Of a stretch of DNA of 64,000 nt, positions 49,720 through 61,149 are shown piece by piece (positions within the stretch are counted from its first letter, which is position 1; each line of letters begins with the position of its first letter). This stretch comes from Dendrobates tinctorius (lineage: Eukaryota): the NCBI RefSeq assembly GCF_039654945.1, contig NW_027361709.1, forward strand, positions 1,240,001 to 1,304,000, given 5' to 3'. Under the pieces are notes generated by a model. It worked only from the letters and a program-made list of their open reading frames with translations. It did no database searches and was not told where the DNA came from. The position numbers and the translations under genes are program-made.

Positions 49720-49899
49720 GGCCGCGATCACACGTTCAGGATTTGGTCAGTATTTTACATCAGTATTTGTAGCCAAAACCAGGAGCGGAAAAATATAACA
49801 AAAAACTTGTCACCACTTCTGCATTTATCACCCTCCTGGTTTTGGCTTATAAATACTGATGTAAAATACTGAGCAAATCCTGATTGTGTGAATGTGGCC
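49720..49899. mobile_element. PIF/Harbinger-type palindromic MITE
   Basis: TTA|GGCC...GGCC|TTA with long inverted arms. Confidence 0.7.
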
Positions 49900-50811
49900 T
49901 TAAGGCCATGAATGCCCAGTGCCGGGTGTCTGCTGATTGTGCCCCAGTGTAAACAGGCCCATTGTGTACGCTCATGGGTGCATATGAATGGGGATTACAT
50001 TGGATTTTAGTGCCTAAGAGTCCCGTTACACATAGCGACGCTCCAGCGATGCCCACAACGATACGACCTGGTAAGGATCGCTGGTGCGTTGCTGCATGGT
50101 CGCTAGTGAGCTGTCAAACAGGCAGATCTACTCAACGACGCAGCAACGATCCGGCGATCCGTATAACGACCTCAGCGGTCGTTGGGCCCTTGTCACACAG
50201 CAGCTATTCTGACGACTCAGACCTCGATAGGCGTGCTTCAGCGTTGCCTTTTCCACGCCCATCTGCTCCGATTGGTGGCCACTACTGCGCTATCACTACG
50301 CGGTTTTCCTTCAGCGTCCCTGTCTGAGTCGCTAGTGCGTATCGTGGATCCACAGTCACTGACACGGGGTCGCTAGTGCGTTATTATTGGTGGATTTCAC
50401 TACGCGGTTTTCCTTCAGCGTCCCTGTCTGAGTCGCTAGTGCGCAATTATTAGTGGATCTTACTACACTTTCTGGTTGCTCCGTCTACAAGGTAGGCATT
50501 GTTTGGGGTCTCAAATTAGGATCTTTGTAGCGTTTCCTTTTATAGGTCAGCTATCAGTTGTATGCAATCATGACTCTATTCTACATTGTGATCATGCTTT
50601 TACACATGCAAGCAAATGGACTGCAGTCATTTTAGTTTTCCTGCCCCGCCCGCCCCCGCCATTGTCGGATCTTTGTAGCGTTTCCATTACTTATACGTCA
50701 GCTATCAATTATATGCAATCACAACATTTAACATGTACAGTTATAATAATTGTGTTATTGTTTTGTTGAAACTTCTCTCATCTTTACATTTTATTTTGCA
50801 GTTTGCACATC

Positions 50812-52020
50812 ATGAACGTCGCGGAGCGTGCTGTTGTGGTTGCTGCATTGCTGCTCGAGGGAGAACGGCAACAAGATGAGGCACGGATGCGAGAGAGGCA
50901 TTCCAAACGAAAGCGTCGCATGCATCTTGTAAGAGGGCCTCGGGAGAAGAATCCTCATGATTTCCTCAACTACCTGCAGATGTCAGAGGACTCCTTCAAA
51001 CTGTTACTGGAAAGTGTTAAGCCATTTATTCAACGGAAGGATACAGCAATGCGTGCTGCTGTCCCGGTAGACGAAAGATTGGCAGTCACGCTGCGATTCC
51101 TGGCCACCGGACGCTCACTGGAAGACTTACAATTTTCTGCAGCTGTTTCAAGGTCCCTGCTCAGCACTTTAATTCCGGAGACATGTAATGCGATTGTCTG
51201 CAGTCTACGGAGCTACATGCAGTTTCCCAAAACGGAGGCGGAATGGAAAAACATTGCCTCCGATTTTGAGCAGCTTTGGCAGTTCCCTAACTGTGGTGGG
51301 GCTTTGGACGGGAGACATGTGCGGATCACTCAACCACCGAACAGCGGATCCTATTTCTACAATTATAAGGGCTATTTCAGCATCATCCTGATGGCCCTTG
51401 TTAACGCCAATTATGAATTTATTAATGTTGATGTTGGCATGAACGGCATGGTTTCTGATGGTGTCTTAGAGCACACAATTTTTGGAGAGAGATTGAACAA
51501 CTATGCCCTGCACTTGCCTCCCAACACGGACACAACAGGCAACCTTAATTTTGTTTTTGTCGGCGATAAAGCCTTCCCGCTTCATGCTAATCTTCTCAAA
51601 CCATTCCCCCAAAAAGGTCTTACGGAGGAAAGACGAATTTTCAATTACCGGTTGTCAAGGGCACAACGGGTTGTAGAAAATGCCTTTGGCATCATGGCCA
51701 ACCGCTTCAGAGTTTTCCACACGCCTATTAACCTGAAGCTTGAATCAATAGACTCCGTAGTTTTGGCCTGTTGCGTGCTGCACAACTTCCTGCAGCGGCG
51801 CGATGCAATTACGTACAGTCCGCCTGGCTTCATGGACTCTGTCGACCAAACAAATGGTGAAGTGGTGCTCGGTGACTGGCGTACAAACGATCCCGCAATG
51901 GCAGGACTTCAACCAGTCGGATACGGCAGAACCAAGGATGATGTGAAGGCCTGCCGAGACAACTACTGCCAATATTTCAACGGTCCTGGTGCTGTTACTT
52001 GGCAACATCAGATCTTATAG
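50812..52020 (+). CDS. Harbinger (HARBI1-like, DDE_Tnp_4) transposase
   Basis: Open ~402 aa from ATG just after acceptor at 50801; ERLAVTLRFLATG, FPNCGGALDGRHV, YNYKGYFSI, FVGDKAFPL, FNYRLSRA.RVVENAFG, ACCVLHNF; AATAAA ~52074; may carry small in-frame deletions. Confidence 0.85.
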   Translation: MNVAERAVVVAALLLEGERQQDEARMRERHSKRKRRMHLVRGPREKNPHDFLNYLQMSEDSFKLLLESVKPFIQRKDTAMRAAVPVDERLAVTLRFLATGRSLEDLQFSAAVSRSLLSTLIPETCNAIVCSLRSYMQFPKTEAEWKNIASDFEQLWQFPNCGGALDGRHVRITQPPNSGSYFYNYKGYFSIILMALVNANYEFINVDVGMNGMVSDGVLEHTIFGERLNNYALHLPPNTDTTGNLNFVFVGDKAFPLHANLLKPFPQKGLTEERRIFNYRLSRAQRVVENAFGIMANRFRVFHTPINLKLESIDSVVLACCVLHNFLQRRDAITYSPPGFMDSVDQTNGEVVLGDWRTNDPAMAGLQPVGYGRTKDDVKACRDNYCQYFNGPGAVTWQHQIL

Positions 52021-52253
52021 TGGGCTACTGGTCACATTTATACAGTCCTTTCATTATCTGTAATGATTTTTGTAATAAACTTTACGTTTTACTTTACAAA
52101 AGCTTTGTCGTTCTTTCACTAATAAGGGCCCATCCTATTTGAATGTCTATATACCTATGTTGACAATTAGATGTATAGATATCCATTCTAAACAGCAACG
52201 GTGCACACACCAGCGTTCCCGTCTGACCATAGACGCTGAATCGAGGAAGCAAC

Positions 52254-55200
52254 TGTCATGATCCAGGACGGGATTTCGCTTTGACCCGTCCTGGTTAGAC
52301 TAGGGGTTAATTGTGCTGCCTCTCTCTGGCAGCAGGAGGCTATTTAGTGCTCACTGGACCTGGGTCCGGTGTCAGTTATACTCCTGCCCTCGGCTGAGTT
52401 AAGTGACCTCTTGTATACGTGTGCCTTGTGCCTGATATCTTGCTTGTTTGTTCGGTTGTGATCTGGTTCTGTCCCTGTTACGAGTTCTGCCTGACCCTCT
52501 TGTACTGCGCTACCTCTCGTGTATGACTCTCTGCTTGTGACCCGACTTCTCTCTGCTCGTCCCCTTGGTACCACGTCGCCCTCTTGTGTATGACCTTTGG
52601 CTCTGTCTGACTACCCGTCTGTTCGTTCCTCCTGTACCTCGTTCGCCCGTACTGTGTGTGACCTCTGTTTTGCCTGACTCTGAGTTGTTGTATGGTGTCC
52701 TGTCCTATCTGAATACAGGACGCTAAGCCCCGCCCCCTTGCAGTCACATGACCATAGGTCCCGTGCACATTATTCAGTTTTAGTGTCCGCAGGTCCTTTG
52801 CCTCTTTACCTTCCAGCGCTGACTGGACCCTGACACTATTATCCTGAAGCACGCATGGTCACCTCTGCTGCCCTTCTCCACAGGTAACTCTTAGCACTGC
52901 TTCTGTACTCAGGACACGCGCACTGGCTCTAGGAGCGAGTGTAGTGCGGTGTCTCTGACATTATAACTGACCCATACCATTTTTTTTCTCTGCTCCCATT
53001 CACCTGTGTGTGTGATGGATCCTGTGCACGCTCTTTCTGAGCAGGTTAAGCATCTGACGCAGATGTCTCAGAAACTCTTTGGAGAACAAAGAGTCCTGGC
53101 TCAGTCTCAGCAGCTGATCGCCGACACTGTGCAGGGGGTTCTTTCATTGGGGGCTCGGGATGTTACATTAATTCCCCCTGAGTCTCCAGTGAAGTTACCA
53201 GATACCTTTTCTGGAGATAAAAATGACTTCAGAGTTTTCAAGGAGGGCTGTAAGCTTTTTTTTTTTCCTTAAGACCACACTCTTCTGGGGATGAAAGTCA
53301 GAGAGTGGGGGTCATTATGTCTCTGTTAAGGGGAGCCCCCCAAGCCTGGGCTTTCTCCCTTCCTACCACGGCCCCTGAGCGCATGACTGTGGATGCATTT
53401 TTTGAGGCCTTGGGGCATATTTATGATGAGTCTGATCGGGAGCGTATGGCTGAGGACAGGCTGATGAATGTTTGCCAGGGGAAACACTCAGCCGAGTGGT
53501 TTTGCTCAGAGTTCAGACGCTGGGCTGCTGAGGTCTGCTGGAACGACGCCGCTCTCCGGGGGTTGTTCCGTAGAGGCCTGTCTGAGCATCTGAAAGACGC
53601 CTTGGCTCTCCACCCCCCACCTGATGCCCTGGAGGAAGCTATGACACAGGCCGTCCGAATGGATCGCAGGTTACGGGCAAGGGGAGTGATACAAACCGAG
53701 ACATCATTGTTCTCCCAAGGAAGGGGAGCCAGTTCTTCCCTGAAAATCACGGCGATGGGAACCATCAACCGTAAGGAGGAAGAAAGGAGGCAACGGCACG
53801 TGAGAAAATGCTGTGTTCACAGTGGCGAGTCTGGACATGGGAAAAAGGATTGCCCCTCCCGGCCACTAACCAACAAACGACTGAGCCCGGGTGATTATCG
53901 TGGAGGTCACCCAGGCTCTCAGGTACCCTTTTCTGCATTTTCTAAAATGTCATTCCAAGTGGAACTTTGTTGTGGGGGTGTCTCCACATCCACAACTGCC
54001 TTCGTGGATTGCGGTTCATCATTGAACTTTATTGACTCTGACTTGGTGGCCAGGTGTAAGTTAGGGACAGTTAGGTTGGAAACTCCGATTCACCTTGTTG
54101 CTATTGACAAAACACCACTGGGTAAGAATGACATTGTGTTTTGTACTGAAGAGTTTCTCCTTAAAGTGAGTTCCTTACATCAGGAACGTATTTCATGTTT
54201 TGTAATGAACAACCTGCCTGCGGGACTGGTGTTGGGGTTCCCCTGGTTACAGCTGCATAATCCTGTGATTAATTGGGAATCTCGGGATATTGTTAAATGG
54301 GTTCCCTATTGCTCTGAGAAATGTCTTGTTTCTGTGTCTGTGTCGTCCGTGGGTCTAGAAGGCATTCCGGAGTGCCTGATAGATTACACTGACGTTTTCT
54401 CCGAAAAAGAGGCTGAGGTTTTACCACCACACCGCCCATTTGATTGTGCCATTGACCTGGTTCCAGGTGCTAAATTGCCCAAAGCCCGCCTGTATAACCT
54501 CTCGGGTCCGGAACGGGCTGCGATGAAGGAATATATTTCTGAGAGCCTCCGTAAGGGACATATTCGTCCTTCTGTTTCTCCTGTGGCGGCAGGGTTCTTT
54601 TTTGTAAAAAAAAAAGACGGTGGTTTGCGCCCATGCCTCGATTTTCGTGAGTTAAATAAAATAACTGTGAGGAATACTTATCCCCTTCCACTTATTCCTG
54701 ATTTATACAATCAGTTGTCCGGAGCTAAGTGGTTTTCGAAATTAGACCTACGGGGAGCGTATAACCTTATTCGAGTCCGGGATGGAGATGAATGGAAGAC
54801 CGCCTTTCTCACTACTGAAGGGTTGTTTGAAAATTTGGTCATGCCCTTCGGCCTGACCAACGCTCCAGCGGTCTTCCAAAATTTCATAAATCATGTGTTC
54901 TCCGATTTGATTGGACGTTTTATGGTGGTGTATTTGGATGACATTTTAATCTACTCGCCTGATAAACAGACTCACATTGGTCATGTTCGGGCAGTTCTCC
55001 AAAGGCTCAGGGAGAACTGTCTGTTTGCTAAACTTGAAAAATGTTTATTTTTTGTTCAGGAACTGTCCTTTCTGGGGTTCATCGTGTCTGCTGAAGGGTA
55101 TCGCATGGATCCTAATAAGGTGCAGGCCATTCTCGAGTGGGTTCAACCGTGTGATTTGAAGGGTCTGCAACGTTTCCTAGGGTTCGCTAATTATTATCGG

Positions 55201-57791
55201 AAATTTATAAGGGGGTTCTCACAGGTGGTTAAACCCCTCACAGACATGACTCAAAAGGGGGCCGATATCAAGAATTGGTCAACCGCAGCGGTAGCGGCAT
55301 TTCAGTTTTTGAAAAAATGTTTCATGTCGGCCCCGGTTCTTATCCAACCGGACCCCTCTGAACCATTTATTGTTGAGGTAGACGCCTCAGAGGTGGGGGT
55401 GGGGGCGGTATTGTCCCAGGGACCCGCCACTTTGACCAATTTAAGACCTTGCGCCTTTTTCTCAAAGAAGTTCTCTCCGGCAGAGAGAAACTATGATGTG
55501 GGGAATCGGGAACTTCTGGCCGTAAAATTGGCTTTTGCAGAATGGAGGCATTTTTTGGAGGGGGCTGTCCATCCTATAACGGTAATCACGGACCACAAAA
55601 ACCTAGCTTACATCGAGTCTGCTAAAAGGTTGACTCCCAGACAGGTTAGATGGTCACTTTTTTTTTCTCGATTCAACTTCTCGATCACTTTCCGACCAGG
55701 ATCCAAGAATATCAGAGCGGATGCGTTGTCACGCAGTCTAGATCCGGTGTCCCCCCCGGAACCTCCATCCTCCATTCTTCAGCCTGGGGTGGTGGTGGCA
55801 GAGGTTTCTAATGTGTTGGAACGAGAGATTCGAGAAGCCCAGGCTCTTGCACCTCCAGCTAAGCCGGTGGATAAACTTTATGTGCCAGCTCAGTTTCGTC
55901 TCAAGGTCCTCCAGGTGTTCCATGACTCAGTTCTGGGTGGACATCCAGGGATCTCAGCGACCCGGAAGGCCATTGCTAGAATGTTCTGGTGGTCTTCTTT
56001 AGCCTCTGATGTTGGGGAGTATGTGTCTGCGTGTGAGGTTTGTGCCCGTGCGAAAACTCCCCATAACCGGCCGGCCGGGGAATTGGTACCACTGCCAATT
56101 CCTGAGAGACCATGGACTCATCTGTCCATGGATTTCATCACCAATCTTCCCCCTTCCAAGGGTAATACTGTGGTCTGGGTCGTAGTGGACAGGTTTAGTA
56201 AGCAGGCACATTTTGTACCTTTGGCAGCTCTACCTAATGCGGAAACATTGTCCAGATTGTTTGTGGAGCATGTGGTGCGGTTGCATGGGGTACCCCTAAA
56301 TGTGGTGTCTGATAGGGGAGTGCAATTTGTGTCCAGATTTTGGAGAGCTTTTTGTAGGAGGTTGGGTATTAGTCTGTCCTTTTCATCCGCCTACCATCCA
56401 GAGACTAATGGGCAGACTGAGCGGACCAATCAGTCTCTGGAGCAAATTCTGCGTTGTTTGACCTCAGCCCGACAGGATGATTGGTGTTCTGTGTTACCAT
56501 TGGCTGAGTTTGCTTTTAACAACCGCACTAACCAGTCTACGGGTACATCTCCTTTTTTTTGCAATTATGGGTTTCATCCTCATTTTGGAGAATTTTCCCG
56601 CTTGAATTCTGGGTGTCCTGGGGCGGACGAGTCGATCCAGCGGTTGGGGGAGGTATGGCGGGAGGTCCAGAATAACATTACGAAGGCCCAGGACAAATTT
56701 AAATTTTTTGCGGACAAAAAACGATCCGTGGGTCCAGTGTTTCAGGTCGGGGATAAGGTATGGTTATCCACCAAAAATATAAGGCTCAAGGTCCCCTCTG
56801 CGAAGCTTGGACCCAAGTTTATAGGTCCCTATGTAATTACCGAAGCAGTTAACCCGGTGGCTTTTCGGTTGAGTCTTCCGCCATCTCTAAGGATCCCTAA
56901 TGTTTTCCATAAGGCCCTTTTGAAACCTGTGAGGTCCAGTGGGGAGGGATCATCATCTTCCCCGACACCGGTTCTGGTAGATGGGCAGGCTGAGTACGAG
57001 GTGGAACGAATTGTCGACTCCAGGTTGGTCCGTCGCGCCCTTCAGTATTTGATACATTGGAAGGGCTACGGTCCTGAGGAACGCTCGTGGGTTCCTGCTC
57101 GATCAGTTCATGCGGATCGTTTGATCCGAGCCTTTCACGCCAAGTACCCTGAGAGACCTGGGGGTCCGGTGGCCCCCCATTGAGAGGAGGGTACTGTCAT
57201 GATCCAGGACGGGATTTCACTTTGACCCGTCCTGGTTAGACTAGGGGTTAATTGTGCTGCCTCTCTCTGGCAGCAGGAGGCTATTTAGTGCTCACTGGAC
57301 CTGGGTCCGGTGTCAGTTATACTCCTGCCCTCGGCTGAGTTAAGTGACCTCTTGTATACGTGTGCCTTGTGCCTGATATCTTGCTTGTTTGTTCGGTTGT
57401 GATCTGGTTCTGTCCCTGTTACGAGTTCTGCCTGACCCTCTTGTACTGCGCTACCTCTCGTGTATGACTCTCTGCTTGTGACCCGACTTCTCTCTGCTCG
57501 TCCCCTTGGTACCACGTCGCCCTCTTGTGTATGACCTTTGGCTCTGTCTGACTACCCGTCTGTTCGTTCCTCCTGTACCTTGTTCGCCCGTACTGTGTGT
57601 GACCTCTGTTTTGCCTGACTCTGAGTTGTTGTATGGTGTCCTGTCCTATCTGAATACAGGACGCTAAGCCCCGCCCCCTTGCAGTCACATGACCATAGGT
57701 CCCGTGCAGACTATTCAGTTTCAGTGTCCGCTTCTGTTCTCAGGACACACGCACTGGCTCTAGGAGCGAGTGTAGTGCGGTGTCTCTGACA
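52254..57791 (+). mobile_element. Full-length Ty3/Gypsy chromovirus (Tf1/sushi-type) LTR retrotransposon
   Basis: 5' LTR 52254-52960, 3' LTR 57195-57791, TG...CA, 5-bp TSD GCAAC, PPT GAGAGGAGGG before 3' LTR. Confidence 0.96.
53015..57183 (+). CDS. Gypsy gag-pol polyprotein (gag, protease, RT, RNase H, integrase, chromodomain); one frameshift at T11 run 53256-53266
   Basis: FVDCG protease, YLDD RT, VDAS/ELLA/TDHKNL RNase H, HHCC + MDF/SDRG/TERTN integrase, GPY, YEVERIVDSR..QYLIHWKGYGPEERSW chromodomain; 1292-aa open frame 53305-57183. Confidence 0.92.
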
Positions 57792-58139
57792 GCAACACTT
57801 TGCGAATGCAGTTGCGTCTCCGATCAGGCGGATACGCTGAATTGAGGGGTGCTTCCCTTCTGGGACGCATTAGCGTCCCCAACGGCGTCGAACGTACGTC
57901 GTGACATCACGACGCTCTGGTGGGCGTTGTTGATGTGGCGTGGTGCCCATAGGTGTAGATATACAGGCAAAGGTAGGGACGGTCATAAAGGAGCGCCAGC
58001 CATGCGTGGTTAGGGCAGTGTAATGCAGCTCCAGCCGGGTGCCTCTGCTGAGGATGGGTAATGCAGAGCTGGATAGGTCCGGTCAATAGGAGCGCAAGGA
58101 CAAGAGCTAAATATTGGAAAATCTTCTTTTATTTCAAGT

Positions 58140-59120
58140 ATCCGCAACGCGTTTCGATAGATGATTCTGTAACAAGATTACAAAAGGGGCAGGTTTTTAA
58201 AGGGGCAGTGACCAATGGGGAATGGTGGGTAATTAATTACATCATAACCAATTAAAACTTGATATAATAAATAGTTATATAAAAAAACAATTATTTGACA
58301 AGTAAAATAAACAATCACAATATATTTAAGAAATGCGGCATAAAAATTATTTAAAAACAAACGGATAGATAAAGTGCTTCATTAAAGGCAAAAAAAACAA
58401 CGGTCCTCCATAAGCTTTCTCAATTGTAAGATTTAACCCCTCTGGCACCAGGGTGCCAAGTTTAAAAATCCAAAAACTCTCTCCTAATTAAATTCTCATA
58501 GCGATTTGTCACATCGTCTCCACTATGTTCTATGATAGTGAGTTTCAACGAGCTTGGATTCTTGTTATGTACAAACAGAAAATGTTTAGATAAACTGTGC
58601 AACTGGAACCCGTTCTTGATGTTTTGGCAATGTTTGTTAAGTCTATTATGCATAGACTGGATCGTCCTACCCACGTATTGTAGCCCACAATCACATTCTA
58701 TTAGGTAAATAACGTAGCTTGACTGCCAGGTGACATGGCAGTTAATTTTGAATGTAGTGACGGTAGTACGAGATTTAAAATGTTGTACCCCGTTCAAAAT
58801 GGATGTGCAACAAAGGCATTTAGGAGTTCTACATGCAAAACACCCTGGGTGGTTGGTAGGGGAGAAAGCCTGGCGGATGTATTGCTAGGAGCCACAAACC
58901 TAATTAAAAAATACTGGTTCATTTTAAAGGGTGATCCTGTTTTGTTGGCACATATACCGACACAGCCTGTAACCATCTTCAGGAAAAACCGTACCTTTCG
59001 GAACTTTGTGGCTCCTAGCAATACATCCGCCAGGCTTTCTCCCCTACCAACCACCCACGGTTTGCACAACCCAGGGTGTTTTGCATGTAGAACTCCTAAA
59101 TGCCTTTGTTGCACATCCAT
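58140..59120 (-). mobile_element. Penelope-like retroelement 3' fragment (GIY-YIG endonuclease) with inverted 5' segment
   Basis: YVIYLIECDCGLQYVGRT..RLNKH, EGLN terminus, Cys-rich linker (CFACRTPKCLCC); ACGCGTTTCG at ~58147. Confidence 0.8.
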
Positions 59121-59302
59121 GTTGAGCGGATCTGGAGAGGTTCTGTTTTGTTGCTTATCACCATCCCGGGGTGCCTGTCCCACCTACTGCTCTGACGTCC
59201 TCTACTCTCCCCGCTATGCTCCATAGCATAACGCATAAAAGTAGCGAACGCTTAATTAAAGTAGCCAAAGCCCCACCTCAAAAGCCCTAATCAACAAAGT
59301 TA

Positions 59303-59582
59303 GGCCGGTTTCACATTTGCTCTTTATGACAACGCCGTGCGCGCCGAAATGCAACATGCTGCGTTCGGCGCACACTGGCGCACCTTCAAAAGTGCGCAGC
59401 GCATGGCAAAATCCTACTAGCGCACGGCCAGCGTACGATCTGCGCACCCTATGCTAAAGATAGGGTGCGCAGATCGCAAACGTCCATGTGCGCTAGTAGG
59501 CGGCAATGACCGGAAGGGGCGGGCACGGAGCCGGCAGGGGGGCGGGGCTTAGCGGCGGCCGTGCGCAAATGTGAAACCGGCC
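59303..59582. mobile_element. PIF/Harbinger-type MITE
   Basis: TTA|GGCCGGTTTCACATTTGC...GCAAATGTGAAACCGGCC|TTA. Confidence 0.85.
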
Positions 59583-59733
59583 TTAGTTGAAGGAGTATTC
59601 TGCTCAATAGAATTTTTTTCCTATCCCTAGGACCACCATCTCCAGCAGCACCACCATCATCGACATCATCCCCCATAATGGGAATCTCTCCAGCGTCACT
59701 CCGTGACATTGGTGCAACCTCGCCTTCCGGTAA

Positions 59734-59870
59734 GGGTGGTTTCACATTAGCGTTTAAGGCCGCAGCGTCGGCCTGCGCACGGCTGCCGCTAAGCCCCGCC
59801 CCCTGCCACGCCTCCACCGGTAGCTCCGCCAACTGACGCTGCGGCCTTAAACGCTTATGTGAAACCACCC
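59734..59870. mobile_element. PIF/Harbinger-type MITE
   Basis: TAA|GGGTGGTTTCACAT...ATGTGAAACCACCC|TTA, ~40-bp arms. Confidence 0.8.
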
Positions 59871-61149
59871 TTATTGAAGCACATAATATAATATATAAGT
59901 TGGAAAGGATACTTGGGTGTTAAAAGGCTGGAGGGCTGTCGTGTAATTTTGTTTTGTGTGATTCCCTAGCCGGTGGTGCCACAGGATCCGGGTGGGTTGT
60001 CAGCTCCTCATCAGAGGAAACAGGTGCCCCAAAACTGTAAGTGTTAAACAACAAACATGTACCTTTAGTTAGATGTTGCAACAGAATTAGCCTGGTTAAC
60101 TTTACCATTCCCTCAACAGAAATCTCTACCTTACAGGACCTGCTGGCATCACACAGGCGGATGATGGCAGCTGTGCACCAACATGGAGTGATGCTGGAGT
60201 GGTATGTGGCAGCCCAACAGCAGGGTGGCAGCCAATAATAGACACATTTATGTTTTGTTATTTTTTAGTTTATATTGTTCATTTTTTCTAATTATATATT
60301 TCTAGTTTATATCCGCTGCTGTGTGAACTTATTTCAAAACCTTAAAAAAAACCACAAAAAAACCCTTCAAAATATACATTTAAATAAAACTTTAAAAAAA
60401 CATTAAAAAAAAATTAAACTAATAAAAACACACCCATTATATCTGGGCATCTGTAGCGGGAGTACTGCCCTGATGGCGGCCCTGACCTGACCTCCAACCA
60501 GCCCATTACCCGCCTTAGTAGGCCAGCTAATAACTATGCTGAATTTAGTAAAGCAGGACACAAGTTTGAAGCAAAATAACATTTTTATTACACAAGCAAA
60601 AAGCACAGAATGACAAATGTGCAAAGATACCTTGCAATAAGACATAAAACAGTAGTCAGCAAGTGCTGATAAAAGGTAATAACAAACACAAGGTATTTAG
60701 TCGATACGTTTTTTTGCAAAAAAATGTATACCAAGCTACCTCACCAACGTCAAGGTAACCCATATTGAAGCAGTCCCTATCTAATGTATTTAAAACCTGA
60801 ACATATGAACAGTGTCTAAATGAGCAGGATTAAGACAGGCACTTTCTGGTATGGGCACGTGATGCAAGACAGCTCCTTATGTGCATGTCACACAAGAGAG
60901 GGGTGGGGTCTCTCAAATCATGCATAAGCACGAAAAAAACTGGATTAAAAACACATGTGACACGCACAATGTGAACAAGTCTGTTGGACCATGTTCACAC
61001 CACCCTGACTGAAACACAAACAAAAAGCACAGAATGACAAATGTGCAAAAATACCTTGCAATAAGACATAAAACAGCAAGTGCTGATAAAAGGTCAAAAA
61101 TATGTAAACAATAATATGTGAACACCACATGGCATAAGTAATCAGCAAA

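Noticed and set aside
50803-52020. Host HARBI1 gene
   Set aside because: Sits inside transposon ends with a MADF partner; better explained as an element-borne transposase.
53305-57183. Domesticated PEG10/RTL1-like gene
   Set aside because: Has both LTRs, TSD, integrase and chromodomain: a recent retrotransposon.
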